This document shows positions 21,224 to 33,100 of a stretch of 64,000 bases of DNA, in pieces. The notes below the pieces were generated by a model. That model was not told where the DNA came from. It searched no databases and saw nothing but the letters and a program-made list of their open reading frames with translations. Origin of the DNA: Gemmatimonadales bacterium. GTDB taxonomy: Bacteria; Gemmatimonadota; Gemmatimonadetes; Gemmatimonadales; GWC2-71-9. The position numbers were made by a program, and so were the translations under genes. The stretch is from contig JBBQFH010000004.1 in the NCBI GenBank assembly GCA_038321865.1, positions 69,522-133,521 of the forward strand. Reading direction: 5' to 3'. Numbering within the stretch: the first letter of the stretch is position 1; each line of letters opens with the position of its first letter.

Positions 21224-24200
21224 ATGCCGTCATGGATCCGTAAGGTCGGGCTCGGAATCGCGGCTCTCGTGCTTGCGGCCGTCACCGGCCAGCGCGCCGA
21301 GGCTCAGGGCACCACGTTCTCGGCGGTCCAGGGGACGATCACTCAGGCCGGTGCCGCTGCCCGGCCGCTGGAAGGCGCGACCGTCAACGTGACCAACGGC
21401 TCCACCGGCCAGCGGTACTCCGCGACGTCGCGCTCAAGCGGGCGGTACAGCGTCGAGAACGTGGCGGTCGGCGGACCCTACACGATCGAGGTTCGCGCCA
21501 TCGGCTACCAGCCGGTGCGCCAGGCGGGTGTCACCCTGATCCTCGGCCAGCGCCTCGAGGCGAGTTTTGCACTGACCCCGGCCGTCGTGCAGCTGAGCGA
21601 CGTCGTCGTGGCGAGTCAGGCCAATCCACTCATCAACGCCAACAAGACGGGCGCGGAGCAGAGCATCAGCTCCGACGTCATCGCCAGCCTGCCCCTCCTC
21701 GGCCGCAACTTCACCGACCTGGTGCGCACCAGCCCGCAGGTCGTCGGCACCTCGGTGAGTGGCCAGAACAACCGGTTCAACAACATCCAGATCGATGGCG
21801 GCGTGAACAACGACCTGTTCGGCCTCGGCAGCTCCGGCGCGCCGGGCGGACAGGTGGGCGCGTCGGCGATCTCGGTGGAAGCGATCAAGGAGTTCCAGAT
21901 CCTGATCGCGCCGTTCGACGTGCGCCAGGGCGGATTTACCGGCGGCCTCATCAATGCCATCACCAAGTCGGGTACCAACGAGTTCCACGGCTCGGCGTTC
22001 GGCTACCTGCAGAGCCAGCAGCTGGTGGGTCACGATACCGCAGGCGTGGTGTCGGGCAAGTTCAACACCAAGCAGTACGGCTTCACCGTCAGCGGCCCGG
22101 TCATCCGTGACCGGATGCACTTCTTCGTAGCGGCGGACCTGCAGGCCAAGACGACGCCGTGGGCCGGCCAGCAGATCGGACTCGACGCGGCGGGCGGCGC
22201 CGACTCCGTGGGCATCGGCATCACCCAGGCGACAGCCGAGCGGGTGCAGACCTACCTCCAGGGGCTGGGCTTCGATCCGGGTGACTGGCGCGCACCCAAC
22301 CTGCGGACGCCGGACAACAACGTGTTCGCCAAGCTCGACTTCCAGCTCGGCACCAACAGCACGCTCGAGGTCACCAACAATTATGTGAAGGCCTCGGACG
22401 ACAAGCTCACCCGCAATTCGACGCAGACCGGCAACCGCGACGGCTACCAGCTGTCGCTCAGCGGCTATGCCCAGAAAAACAAGACCAACACTACCCGTGC
22501 CAAGTGGGCCGCGGTGTTCGGTCAGCGCTTCAGCAACGAGCTGCTCCTCAGCCGCTCCACGATTCGGGATATCCGCGGGCTGCTCAACCGCATCCCGCTG
22601 CTGCTCATCGGCGGCGATCGTCCGGGCGGTGCCACCAACATCGCCGCCGGTGCCGACCGCTTCTCGCAGGGCAATCAGCTGGACCAGGATATCTACGAGA
22701 TCACCGACAACATGACCTTCGACATGGGCGCCCACCGGCTCACCTTCGGCACCCACAACGAGTTCTTCAAGTTTTACAACGTCTTCACCGCGGGCTCGTA
22801 CGGCATCTACAGCTTCACCAACGTCGATTCGCTCATCGCACAGCACCCGAACCGGTACGAGATTCTCTACGGCACCACCGCGCGTCCCGAAGGCGCCGTC
22901 GCGAATTTCCATGTGAAGCAGTATGGATTCTACGCGCAGGATGCGTGGACGCCGAACGACCGTTTCACCCTGACGCTCGGCCTCCGCGCCGACCTGCCCC
23001 ACGTCGACAAACCGAACACCAACCCCGGGCTGCTCGACACGCTCGCCATCAACACCGCCATCACGCCCAGCGGCAAGCTCTGGTCGCCGCGACTCGGCTT
23101 CAACTGGGATGCCACCGGCAAGGGCGAGATGATCGTCCGCGGCGGCGTCGGCGTCTTCAGCGGGCGGCCGCCCTACGTGTGGGTCTCCAACGCCTTCGTG
23201 AATACCGGCCTCGAACAGCTTGACCTGGTCTGCAGCGGCGCACAGGTGCCCGCGTTCACGCTCGATACCGCGCTCACGCCGCGTGCCTGCGCCTCGGGCA
23301 CCGGCGCATCACCGGCGGCGTCGACGATCAACTATTTCGATCCCAACTTCAAGTACCCACAGACCCTCAAGGTCGCGATGGGCGTGGACCGCGAGCTGCC
23401 GTGGAACGTCGTGGCCACGGTAGACTTCCTGCACACCCGCTCGCTCAACCAGTTCTTCCTGCAGGACGTGAACCTGATCGAGCGCGGCGTCAACAACGAA
23501 GGCCGGAAGCTGTACGGGGCGATCACGCCCGCCGGCACGGTGACGCCGGCCCGCTTCTCCAGCAACTACCGCCAGGTAATCCGCCACACCAACGAGAGCG
23601 GCGATTTCTCGACCTCGATCACCGGCCAGCTGCAGAAGCGCTTCAGCAATGGCATCGCCTTCAACATCGGCTACACCTACTCGCGCACCCGCGACCTGAT
23701 GTCGCTGACTTCCAGCATCGCCAGCTCGAATCTCAACTTCGCGCCGCTCGCCGGCGACATGGATCAGCGCCTGCGCCGGATCTCGGCGTTCGACCGCCCA
23801 CACAAGGTCGCGATCAGCGGCTCGATCGCGGCGCCGTTCCAGACCCGCTTCGCCCTGTTCTACACCGGGACGTCCGGCTCTCCGTACACCTACGTGGTGT
23901 CCGGCGACGCCAACGCCGACGGCATCGCGTCCAACGATATCGCCTATATCCCGCGGAACGCGAGCGACATCACGATGACCGGCACCACGCCCGACGATCG
24001 CGCCGGACGCTATGCGACGCTGGACGCCTATATCAACGGCGAGGCCTGTCTCCGGAGCAATCGCGGCCGCATCATGGAACGCAACACCTGCCGCAACCCG
24101 TGGGAGAGCTTCGTGGACGCCCGGCTGGGGAAAGTCATTCCGACGGTCTCCGGCCAGGCGCTCGAGCTGACGCTCGACGTCTTCAACCTCATGAGCCTGC

Positions 24201-24385
24201 TGGGCAGCGATTGGGGCACCTTTCGATCCACCAGCGGCTTCGAGACGACGAACCTGCTGCGGCTCTCAGGGTACGACGCCGCCAACAACCGCGGCATCTA
24301 CGACCTGTCGCTGCCGCAGCGGAACCGCGCATCGACCAACGCGTCCCGCTGGAAGATGCAACTGGGGGCCAAGTACACGTTCTGA
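21224..24385 (+). CDS. TonB-dependent receptor (Oar-like) with carboxypeptidase-regulatory-like domain
   Basis: GAGGA RBS then ATG 21224; signal peptide; plug LPLLGRNFTDL...NNIQIDG...PFDVRQGGFTGGLINAITKSGTNEFHGS; terminal LGAKYTF. Confidence 0.9.
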   Translation: MPSWIRKVGLGIAALVLAAVTGQRAEAQGTTFSAVQGTITQAGAAARPLEGATVNVTNGSTGQRYSATSRSSGRYSVENVAVGGPYTIEVRAIGYQPVRQAGVTLILGQRLEASFALTPAVVQLSDVVVASQANPLINANKTGAEQSISSDVIASLPLLGRNFTDLVRTSPQVVGTSVSGQNNRFNNIQIDGGVNNDLFGLGSSGAPGGQVGASAISVEAIKEFQILIAPFDVRQGGFTGGLINAITKSGTNEFHGSAFGYLQSQQLVGHDTAGVVSGKFNTKQYGFTVSGPVIRDRMHFFVAADLQAKTTPWAGQQIGLDAAGGADSVGIGITQATAERVQTYLQGLGFDPGDWRAPNLRTPDNNVFAKLDFQLGTNSTLEVTNNYVKASDDKLTRNSTQTGNRDGYQLSLSGYAQKNKTNTTRAKWAAVFGQRFSNELLLSRSTIRDIRGLLNRIPLLLIGGDRPGGATNIAAGADRFSQGNQLDQDIYEITDNMTFDMGAHRLTFGTHNEFFKFYNVFTAGSYGIYSFTNVDSLIAQHPNRYEILYGTTARPEGAVANFHVKQYGFYAQDAWTPNDRFTLTLGLRADLPHVDKPNTNPGLLDTLAINTAITPSGKLWSPRLGFNWDATGKGEMIVRGGVGVFSGRPPYVWVSNAFVNTGLEQLDLVCSGAQVPAFTLDTALTPRACASGTGASPAASTINYFDPNFKYPQTLKVAMGVDRELPWNVVATVDFLHTRSLNQFFLQDVNLIERGVNNEGRKLYGAITPAGTVTPARFSSNYRQVIRHTNESGDFSTSITGQLQKRFSNGIAFNIGYTYSRTRDLMSLTSSIASSNLNFAPLAGDMDQRLRRISAFDRPHKVAISGSIAAPFQTRFALFYTGTSGSPYTYVVSGDANADGIASNDIAYIPRNASDITMTGTTPDDRAGRYATLDAYINGEACLRSNRGRIMERNTCRNPWESFVDARLGKVIPTVSGQALELTLDVFNLMSLLGSDWGTFRSTSGFETTNLLRLSGYDAANNRGIYDLSLPQRNRASTNASRWKMQLGAKYTF

Positions 24386-24420
24386 TGGGCGTCGGTCGTA
24401 GAGGCAGGCATTACATGCAG

Positions 24421-24450
24421 GCGGCCCTCCGGTAGTGACCGGAGGGCCGC
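24421..24450. terminator. Hairpin between convergent genes (probable bidirectional terminator)
   Basis: GCGGCCCTCCGGT-agtg-ACCGGAGGGCCGC, a 13-bp perfect stem. No strong U-tract. Confidence 0.6.
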
Positions 24451-24477
24451 TCTGCGCTCGGGCGCGCGGCGCGGGCG

Positions 24478-25569
24478 CTAGGTCCGCACCCGGTCGAGCA
24501 GAATCAGCGCGGCCAGCAGGAACAGCGCGTTGGGCAGCCAGGCCGCGACGACGGGGCTCACCACCCCGCCGGCCCCGACCGCCTTGGCGATCTGGGTGAG
24601 CAGGAGAAAGACGATGGTCGTCGCCAGGCTGAGGGCGATGCCGGCGGCCGGGCCGGACCGGGGGCTGGTGACGGCCAGCGGCGCGCCGAACAGCGCCACG
24701 ATGAAGCAGGTGACCGGAATCGCGAGCTTGAGCGCCCGCTCGACCTGCAGCTTGTTGGTGTCGTTGCCGGAGCGCCGAAGGGCTTCGATGTAGTGCCCCA
24801 GCTCGGCGTACCGCATCTCGTCCGGCGCCTTGGGCGGCGCCAGCAGCTCGGCCGGGCTCTGCGTCAGTGCCCGGAGCCGCATCGAGCGGTAGCGGAACGT
24901 CGCCTGGTGCTCGCCATCGGTCACGATGCGGCTGGCGCCGTTCCAGAGCTGCCAGGAGTCCAGGCTGTCCACGTAGCCGGCGCTATCGGCGGTGACGACG
25001 AGCGTGGGATACTGGGCCCCCTGGCCGGCCCGCTCCAGGATCACGTCCTTCAGCTGGTTGCGGGTGACGTCGAGCGCCCGGATGGCGTAGACCCATCCCG
25101 CGTCGCCCCGGTAGACGAAGTTGAAGCGGCCCGCGGTCGGATTCGACTCGCGGTCCCGCTGCAGCACCTTCTGCCGCGCGGTGGCCGTGACGGCGAGCTC
25201 CCCGATCAGCAGCGCCAGCACCGAGGCGACGGCACCGGCCCAGAAGAGCGGCTGCACCAGCCGGTGAAAGCTGCGTCCGCTCGCCTTTGCCGCCGTGAGC
25301 TCGGAATGGCGGCCCATCCCCCCGACGGTGAACACGGTCGCCACCAGCACGGCCGCCGGCATGACCTGTGAGATGTTTTCCGGCAGCGCGTACATGTAGC
25401 TGACCGCGATCTGCTTCACCGTCAGGCCGCGGTCGAGCAGCTTGTTCAGGTCGTCGATCATGGCGATCAGCACGGCAACGAACGGAAAGCCCAGCGCCGT
25501 CAGCGCGAACAGCCGCAGCCAGGTGCCGAGCACGTAGCGGTCGAGAATCCGTGCGCCGGGCAGTCTCAC
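24478..25569 (-). CDS. lptG: LPS export permease LptG (LptF/LptG family)
   Basis: ILDRYV N-terminus, SELTAAKASG, AAWLPN C-terminal motif; downstream partner of lptF with GTGA overlap. Confidence 0.85.
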   Translation of the reverse strand: MRLPGARILDRYVLGTWLRLFALTALGFPFVAVLIAMIDDLNKLLDRGLTVKQIAVSYMYALPENISQVMPAAVLVATVFTVGGMGRHSELTAAKASGRSFHRLVQPLFWAGAVASVLALLIGELAVTATARQKVLQRDRESNPTAGRFNFVYRGDAGWVYAIRALDVTRNQLKDVILERAGQGAQYPTLVVTADSAGYVDSLDSWQLWNGASRIVTDGEHQATFRYRSMRLRALTQSPAELLAPPKAPDEMRYAELGHYIEALRRSGNDTNKLQVERALKLAIPVTCFIVALFGAPLAVTSPRSGPAAGIALSLATTIVFLLLTQIAKAVGAGGVVSPVVAAWLPNALFLLAALILLDRVRT

Positions 25570-27074
25570 CGGGAGTGCCGGAGCCGCCGGAGCCGGCCGC
25601 GCACCTGCTCGACGACCTCCTGCCAGTCACCGCCGCGGGTCGAACCCGTCTCCCGGTTGACCAGGATCAGGCCGACCACGCCGGCAATGGTGAACAGGAC
25701 GTTCGGTCCCCACATGGACAGCGCCGGCGACACGATTCCGCGGTCGGACAGCGCCTCGCCCGCCGTGAGGAAGACGTAGAACACGGCGAACACCCCGAAC
25801 CCCCCGCCGACGACCAGGCCCATGCCGCCGCGCGGGAAGCGGAGGGCGAGCGTCACGCCCATCAGCACGAACGTGATGCAGGCGACGCTGATCGACCACT
25901 TCTTGTGGACCTCCACCAGATATCGGTCCGACCGCCGGTCGGCCTCCACCCGCCGGTCGCCCGCCGAGCTGATTTCCGACCAGCTGGCGAGGGCGGCCGG
26001 GGTGGGCTGCACGACCGGCCTCTGGGGTCCCGGAGGTCCGGGAACCGCCTGCCGGGCACCGGGCGCCTGCGGCTGTGCTCCGGCCGGGTTGCCCACCGTC
26101 CCCCTTGCGCTGTCCCGGCGCATCAGCGGCAGCGTACAGTACCGGGGCAGCGGCTGCAGCAGGGCCGCCGGCGGCACGCTGGCGGGCGGCAGGCGGAGCA
26201 GGCTCCGGAGATCGCGGTTGAGCATCGTGGCGGCGTCGAGCTCGGCCTGCGCACGGTCACGGTCGGCGGTGCGGACCACGCCGTACATCTCGCAGGTGCT
26301 CATCTCGCGGTCGCCGCGCGTGGCATTGGCGCTGTTGCGCTCGAGCTGGTCGAAGACGTTCTTGACGCGAATGCTGTTGGTCTGGAAATAGGTGAGCCGG
26401 AACTCCGCCGGGTCGGTGGACTTGAGCTCGTGCACCGCGCCATGGTAGAGCACCAGGCTCAGATCGGTTTGCCCGGGGGCATAGCCCATGATGCCGCTGT
26501 CGGCGTAGATGATGCGGCGGCCGCGCTGGTCGCCGACGTCGTAGATCACGACGTCCCGCAGGCGCCCGTTCCCCGGGTCGATCCGGCCGGCCCGGAGAAA
26601 GTACTGCGACGGGGGGATCTCGTTGATGACCTGTTCGCGCAGCTCGAAGGTGGGTTTCTTCCGTCCGATGTCCACCAGCAGCGCGCGGAGCCGGGCATTG
26701 CTGCGGGGCAGCACCTGGTCCACGAAGATGAAATTCGCGGCCGCCATCAGGACGCCCCAGAGGACGACCGGCGCCATGATCTGGTGGACGCTCAGGCCGC
26801 CGGCCCGCATCGCGGTGACCTCGTTGTCCGCGGCCAGGTGGCTGAACGTGAAGAGGACGGCGACCAGCACCGCCATGGGCAGCGTCATGGCCACGATGAA
26901 CGGAATGCTCAGCGCGAACACCTCGGCGATCACGCTCCACTCCAGCCCCTTGCCCACGAGCTGGCCGAAGCGGCGCGCGACCTGATTCAGCAGCATGAAC
27001 CCGGTCAGCCCGGCCAGGGCGAACACGAAGGGTCCGGTGAGCTGGCGCAGCAGGTACCTGCGGATCAGTCGCAC
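25566..27074 (-). CDS. lptF: LPS export permease LptF (LptF/LptG family)
   Basis: LIRRYLLRQ, LPMAVLVA, DNEVTAMRAGG, VEVHKKWS, MWGPNV. Confidence 0.85.
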   Translation of the reverse strand: MRLIRRYLLRQLTGPFVFALAGLTGFMLLNQVARRFGQLVGKGLEWSVIAEVFALSIPFIVAMTLPMAVLVAVLFTFSHLAADNEVTAMRAGGLSVHQIMAPVVLWGVLMAAANFIFVDQVLPRSNARLRALLVDIGRKKPTFELREQVINEIPPSQYFLRAGRIDPGNGRLRDVVIYDVGDQRGRRIIYADSGIMGYAPGQTDLSLVLYHGAVHELKSTDPAEFRLTYFQTNSIRVKNVFDQLERNSANATRGDREMSTCEMYGVVRTADRDRAQAELDAATMLNRDLRSLLRLPPASVPPAALLQPLPRYCTLPLMRRDSARGTVGNPAGAQPQAPGARQAVPGPPGPQRPVVQPTPAALASWSEISSAGDRRVEADRRSDRYLVEVHKKWSISVACITFVLMGVTLALRFPRGGMGLVVGGGFGVFAVFYVFLTAGEALSDRGIVSPALSMWGPNVLFTIAGVVGLILVNRETGSTRGGDWQEVVEQVRGRLRRLRHSR

Positions 27075-27090
27075 GGGCTAACTGTTCTGG

Positions 27091-27119
27091 TTGTAAGGGT
27101 TTCGCACGGCCATTATATT
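27091..27119. promoter_or_regulatory. Overlapping divergent promoters for lptFG and sprA
   Basis: Plus strand TTGTAA-N17-TATATT; minus strand perfect TATAAT at 27112-27117; the intergenic gap is only 83 bp. Confidence 0.5.
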
Positions 27120-27157
27120 TCTCCGACCATCTACCCATCAGCCCGAATCGGACCGAT

Positions 27158-30100
27158 TTGCCAAGCTCGGCGCGTCGCTACGTCGCCCTCCTGATCCTGC
27201 TTGCGCTGCCCCGCCTGCTGACGGCACAAACGTCGGATAGCACGGCTGTCGGCTTCCGGCTGCATTTTCCGACGCCGCCGATCCGCCTGCGCATCCCGCT
27301 GGTCCTGCGTGGTCGGTGGTTCGGCGCGCGGTTCGACAGCGCCGTCGGCTCCGTCCTCGACACGAGCCGGTTGAGCAGTGAATCCGCCCGGCGTCAGGCG
27401 CTGATCTACGGCCGTCCGCTGGTCGGCCTGGCCGGCGAGCGCACCGACGTCCGGCGGGGGGCGCTGGGGCTGCCCGAGAAGTATGCCGATCTCTCCATCG
27501 ATGGCAATGCCACCCTCGAGATCCGCACCGAACGATTCCGCAACCTCCGGTGCACCGGGGCCCAGCTGCAGGATCCCACGTCGGGCTGCCGCGGTGGCAT
27601 CAAGGCGCCGCATCTGGACAACCAGATCAATGCCCGCGCCGGTGGCGTCATCGGCGAGCGCGTCCACGTCAACGTGGACTACAACTCCGAGCGCGACTTC
27701 ACCGCGAACAACGCGATCCAGGTCTACTACCAGGGGCTGGATGACGAGATCATCCGCCGGATCGAGGTCGGCACGGTCACCTTCCGCCCGCCGCCATCCC
27801 GCTTCCTGACCGCGGCGATTCCGTCCAACAACTTCGGCATCAACGCGAGCTTCGAGCTCGGCGCCATGCAGTTCCAGGCCCTGGCCGCGACCCAGAAAGG
27901 GAGCGCCCTCGCCACCCGCACGTACACGATCGGCGGCAGCCAGTCGAGCCAGCCCCAGGACCGGCAGGTCCGCGATCTCGATTTCGAGAGCGGGCGCTTC
28001 TTCTGGGTCGTCGATCCGCGCCGGCTCCCCGCCTACCCGCAGCTCGACATCCTCAACATTGACGCGGCACAGGTGCCCGCCGCGTTCCGGCCGGCGCAGG
28101 TGCGGATCTATCTCTACCGGTCGGGAGGCGCCACAGGGCTCGATCCGAACCTGGGCGGGCTCGGCGCCTTCGCCCGGAACCATGACAATCCTGCCGACAC
28201 GTCGCAGGTCGTCGGCGTGCGGGCGGCGAACGAAGGCGCTCGCTGGCAGCTGCTGGTGCAGGGGACCGACTACTACATCGACCAGTCCGGCCTCTGGTTT
28301 GCGCTCGCGACCAAGCTGGATCCGCGGAATTATCTGGCCGTCAGCTATGTGACCGCGGCCGGGACGACGGTCGGCACCTTCCCGAGCCAGGACAATCCGC
28401 AGGCCATCGACACGCTCGAGCTGATCACGCGGCCGGCCCAGGATCCGACCATCGGCACCTTCTATCACGAGATGCGCCAGGTCTATCGCGTGGCCGGCAC
28501 CGACCTGCTCCCGTCGTCGCTCGGCGTCAAGGTCACCCTCAACCGGTCGGAGCGGCCGGCCTCGGGTGCCCCGACTTTCCTGTCGCTCCTCGGGCTCGCG
28601 ATCCCGACCGACCCGCAGCTGTTCGATCGTGAGAACCGGCTCTTTCCCCGGCCGCGTGACCCCACCGCGGCGCAGACGCTGCGCGAATCCTATGTGGTCT
28701 TTCCCACGCTGCGTCCGTTCGCCGACACTCCGGGGCTCTCGCCCGCCGAACGCTCCGACTCGCTCTATCAAACCCCGCAGTACCTGCTGCTGAACCAGGG
28801 CCCACCGTCCCGGTTCCAGCTGCAGCTGCATTACGACGCCACCGGCGGCGGCGATCGGTCCACGCTGGTGCTCAATGCCCTGCAGGTGAAGGACAGCAGC
28901 GAGCAGCTGCAGGTCTCCGGCCGCAATCTCATCCGCGGCGTGGACTATACGATCGACTACGCGACCGGCCGAGTGACGTTTCTCAATCCCGATGCGCTGT
29001 TCGGTAGCGGCGGCGCCGTCATCACGGCCCGCTTCGAGCAGCAGGACGCCTTTGCCGTCGCCCCCACGACCATCCTGGGCTTCACCTCCCGCTATTCGCT
29101 GGGCGAGCGCGGCGCGATCAACTTCATCGGGATGCTTCAGCGGGAAGCCAGTGCCTTCAACCGCCCGCATCTGGGCTTCGAGGCCAAGGCCAACCTCATC
29201 GCGGGCGTCAACACCGAGCTGCACTTTCGACCAACCTGGCTCACCCGTCTGCTGAACGGCCTGACCTCGACCCGGTCGGTCGCGCCCTCCCTGTTCGACC
29301 TGAACGCGGAGCTCGCCTTTTCCCGCCCGGACCCCAACCGCTCGGGATCTGCCTATCTGGAGGAGTTCGAAAGCGACGTCAGCTCGCAGGTGTCCATGCG
29401 GGAGCAGAACTGGGAGTTCGGCAGCGTGCCCCAGCGAACCGACGGTGTCGCCGACATCTTCGGGGGGAACTTCGACCCGTCGGACGCGGTGCAGCTCACC
29501 TGGCAGAATCTGATCGTCGGATCCGATGGCAAGGCGATCGAGATCCGTCCGCAGGACATCGACACCACCTTTCAGTTCGTCGGCACCGGCACGCAGTTCG
29601 AGACGCCGCTCTGGATGACGCTGCAGTCGGACACCGCGGGCGGGCTGGTAGACAATCAGAACCGGCTGCACTGGCGCCTGCCTGAGCGTCCCAACCGCCC
29701 GCGCTGGCGCTCGATGGTCACCACCCTCAGCACCACCGGGCTCGACCTTTCGAAATCGGAGTATCTGGAGTTCTGGGTGTACCAGTCGGACGTCCACTCG
29801 GCCGATTCGGCCGGGGTCAAGCTGATCTTCGACCTCGGCACGGTGAACGAGGACGCCCTGGCCATCGCCCCGGAATCGCTCAGCGTGGTCAGCGGTGACA
29901 GCGTGTTCACCGGACGGCAGTACGTCGGGCTCGGCCGGCTCGATACGGAGCGATCCGCCACCGGCATTTTCAACGCCGAGACCGACGACGTCGGCATCCT
30001 GCAGGATCGGCCTGACTCGCTCGTCGTGGGGGAGGTGGCGATCCCGTTTCCCGCGCTGTGCGTGCGGCAGCTCAGCGGCGTGGTCCCGGTCTTCCCCTGG

Positions 30101-33100
30101 GGTGACCTCGGCGCCCGCTGCACCAACGGCAACGGCTTTCTCGATACCGAGGATCTCGACGGCGACCTCCAGCTCAACGCCACCGGGCCGAATGACAACG
30201 TCTACCGGTTCGTGGTGCCGCTGGTATCGGATTCCTTCCGGGTTCCCAACCGGGGCATCAAGACGATCGGTCCCAACGGGGAGGCCGGCTGGTCACTCTA
30301 CCGGGTGCCGCTCGCCCTGGCCAACGCGCTCACCCTGGGCACGCCCAACATCCGGCTGGTGAAGGAGCTTCGCATCACGGTCGTGGCCCCGGGCAACCGG
30401 CCCGGGCCTGACCTGGCGGCTCGCTTCGCCTTCGCCCGCATGCGCTTCGTCGGTGCGCCCTGGGTCCGCCGCACCGACACCCCGATCCTGGGGCTGGCCG
30501 GATCCGTCGGGGAAGGGCACGGCGACGTGGTGGCCTCCATCATCTCCACCGAGAACAAGGGTGACCTCGGCTACACCTCTCCGCCCAACGTCGTCGGCGC
30601 CACCGCCCGGCGCGACGTGGGGCAGCAGAGTCTCGGGACGCAGATCAACGAGAAGTCGCTTCGCGTGCTGGCGCACGACCTTCGCATCGGCGAGCGGGCG
30701 GAGGCGTATCTGCGGTTTCCGAGCGGACCCCAGACGCTGCTCAACTACAACGAGCTTCGCGTGTGGATGCGCGGGCGCGGCGCGGGCTGGGAGAGCGGCG
30801 ATCTCGAGGCGTTCATCAAGATCGGCAGCGACGTCAACAATTTCTACCTCTACCACGCCCCGGCCCGGACGACGTCGTGGGAGCCGGAGATGGTGGTGGA
30901 TCTGTCCGTCTGGCGTCGGCTTCGCGCGCAGATCGAGGTGCAGTGGCTGCAGGGGGCACCGCCGTCGGGGGGCGCGGCGTGCGGGAGCGTGGATCCCCGC
31001 GCCTACGTCGCATGCGAGGGCCCCTACGTCGTCCACATGGCCGACCCGGGGGTGAACCCGCCCAACCTGGCGGCGGTGCAGGAGGCCGCCGGGGGGATTT
31101 ACCGGATCGCGAACCACGGGTCGGTCGGCGAGGCCGAGCTCTGGATCGACGACATCCGGCTGGCCAGCCCGGTCTCCCAGACCGGCAAGGCGATTGCCAT
31201 CGACGGGCGCCTTACCGCGTCCGACGTCGGCGACATGGCCGTGTCATACGTCCGCCGGGACGGTCAGTTCCGGCAAATCGGCGAAACGCCGAGCTATCTG
31301 ACGGACAATACGCTCGCCATGCAAAGCACGTGGCGACTCGACCGGTTCTTGCCGGTGAAGCTGGGTTTCGCGATTCCGGCGACCGTCTCCTATTCGCGAT
31401 CGAGCATCGACCCGCAGCTGCTCTCCGGCACGGACCTTCGCGGCGCGGACCTCATCGGCTTGCGCCGCCCGCAGAGCTGGTCCGCGACCTACACCGTGCA
31501 GATTCGCCGGAACCGCCGCAGCAACACCTGGCTCGCCAAGGGCTTCCTCGATCCGCTGACGCTGGCCGGCTCGGTCACCCGCGGGCGCAACCGGACCGAG
31601 CTCAGCGATGCGACCGGTTCCAATTCGGCCTACCTCGCCAATTACAATCTGCAGCTGCAGCGAACCGGGCCGAGGATTCCGACGGAGGGACTGGTCAACG
31701 GCCTGCCGAAGTGGCTGCGCGAAAGCGAGATCGGGAAGGCACTGCGCAATCCGCGCATCAGCCTAGCGCCGACCAGCATCCGGCTGAGCAGCGGCATCAC
31801 CAACGACCGCGCGGGGACCACGAGCTACCTCGTCCCGGTGGCGCGCGCCGACGATGCGCTGCTCGCTCCGACGCTGTCGCTGTCGCAGCTCTGGCGCAAC
31901 GCGGCCGGGCTGACCTGGCAGCCGCTCGGCATGCTCACGATCAACGGCGACCTCACGAGCACGCGCGACCTGCGCCATTACGCCGACTCGACCCCGCTCG
32001 GCCGCCTGGCGGGGTTCTCGCGGCGGTCGTTTCTCGGCGTCGACGCCGGGGTCGAGCGCGACCGCACCCTGGGTACCAGTCTCAATCTCACGCCGCGCGT
32101 GTCGACCTGGATCCAGCCCCGCTACCTCATGGGCGGCAATTTCGTATTGTCGCGCAGCCTGACCAGCCGCCCGCTCGTCCGCCTGGGCGACGACAGCGCG
32201 GGGGCGTTCATCCTCCCGCAGACACTCAACAACTCCCAGAGCCGGGAACTGGGAGCATCGGTGGATCTGACTCGGCTCGCCCGCGTGCTGTTCGGGGACA
32301 GCAGCGGGACGGTGAGGAAGCTTGGCCGGGTGCGGCCCCTCGACCTGAGCTCCCGCAGCGTGCGGTCGTCCACCTTCGATCTCGCGTCGTTCGAGCCGGG
32401 GCTGGGGTACCAGCTCGGGCTCGGCGGGCTGGATCGTTTCCTGTCCCAGGAAGGCACCACGGCGATCGGCGCCTCCGACCAGCACTCCCGCTCGCTCGGG
32501 ACCGGAGCCGACTTTCCCTTCGGCGTCAACTTCTCCCTGCAGTACACGCTCAGCGACGTCTCCTATTTCCAGGCCGTCAGCGGACAGCTGATCGAGACCC
32601 AGACCCACCAGCGCGAGTGGCCGGTCGGCAATATCCGGTGGAGCCAGACCTTCCGTCACGGCCCGATCGCCCTCATCGGAGTCGGCACGTCGTATCGCAA
32701 GCGCGAAGGCACGTCCACGCAGCCCGGTGCCGAGGGCAGCGATCCGGTGACCAGCGCCCTCAATTCGAGCTCCTTCGCGCCCGATCTCCAGGTCAACCTG
32801 CGGAACGGCGTCAGCATTTCCGCCCGCCTGAGCAACGCACACCAGCAGCAGACGGACAACGGCACCGACCGGAACACCGACCAGAACAACTTCTCCGGCC
32901 AGGTGAACTACAGCTTCCGCATGCCCGCCGCCTTCAGCCGGGCCCGCAAGCAGGTGCAATCGCAGCTGCTCGTCAGCACGACGACGTCGCTCAGCTGCCT
33001 GCAGCGGTTCGCCGACTCCACCTGCCAGGCGCTCTCCGACGTGCGCACGCAGGAGGTCCGCGCGAGTCTTCGCACCGACGTACTCCGGACCCTGACCGGA

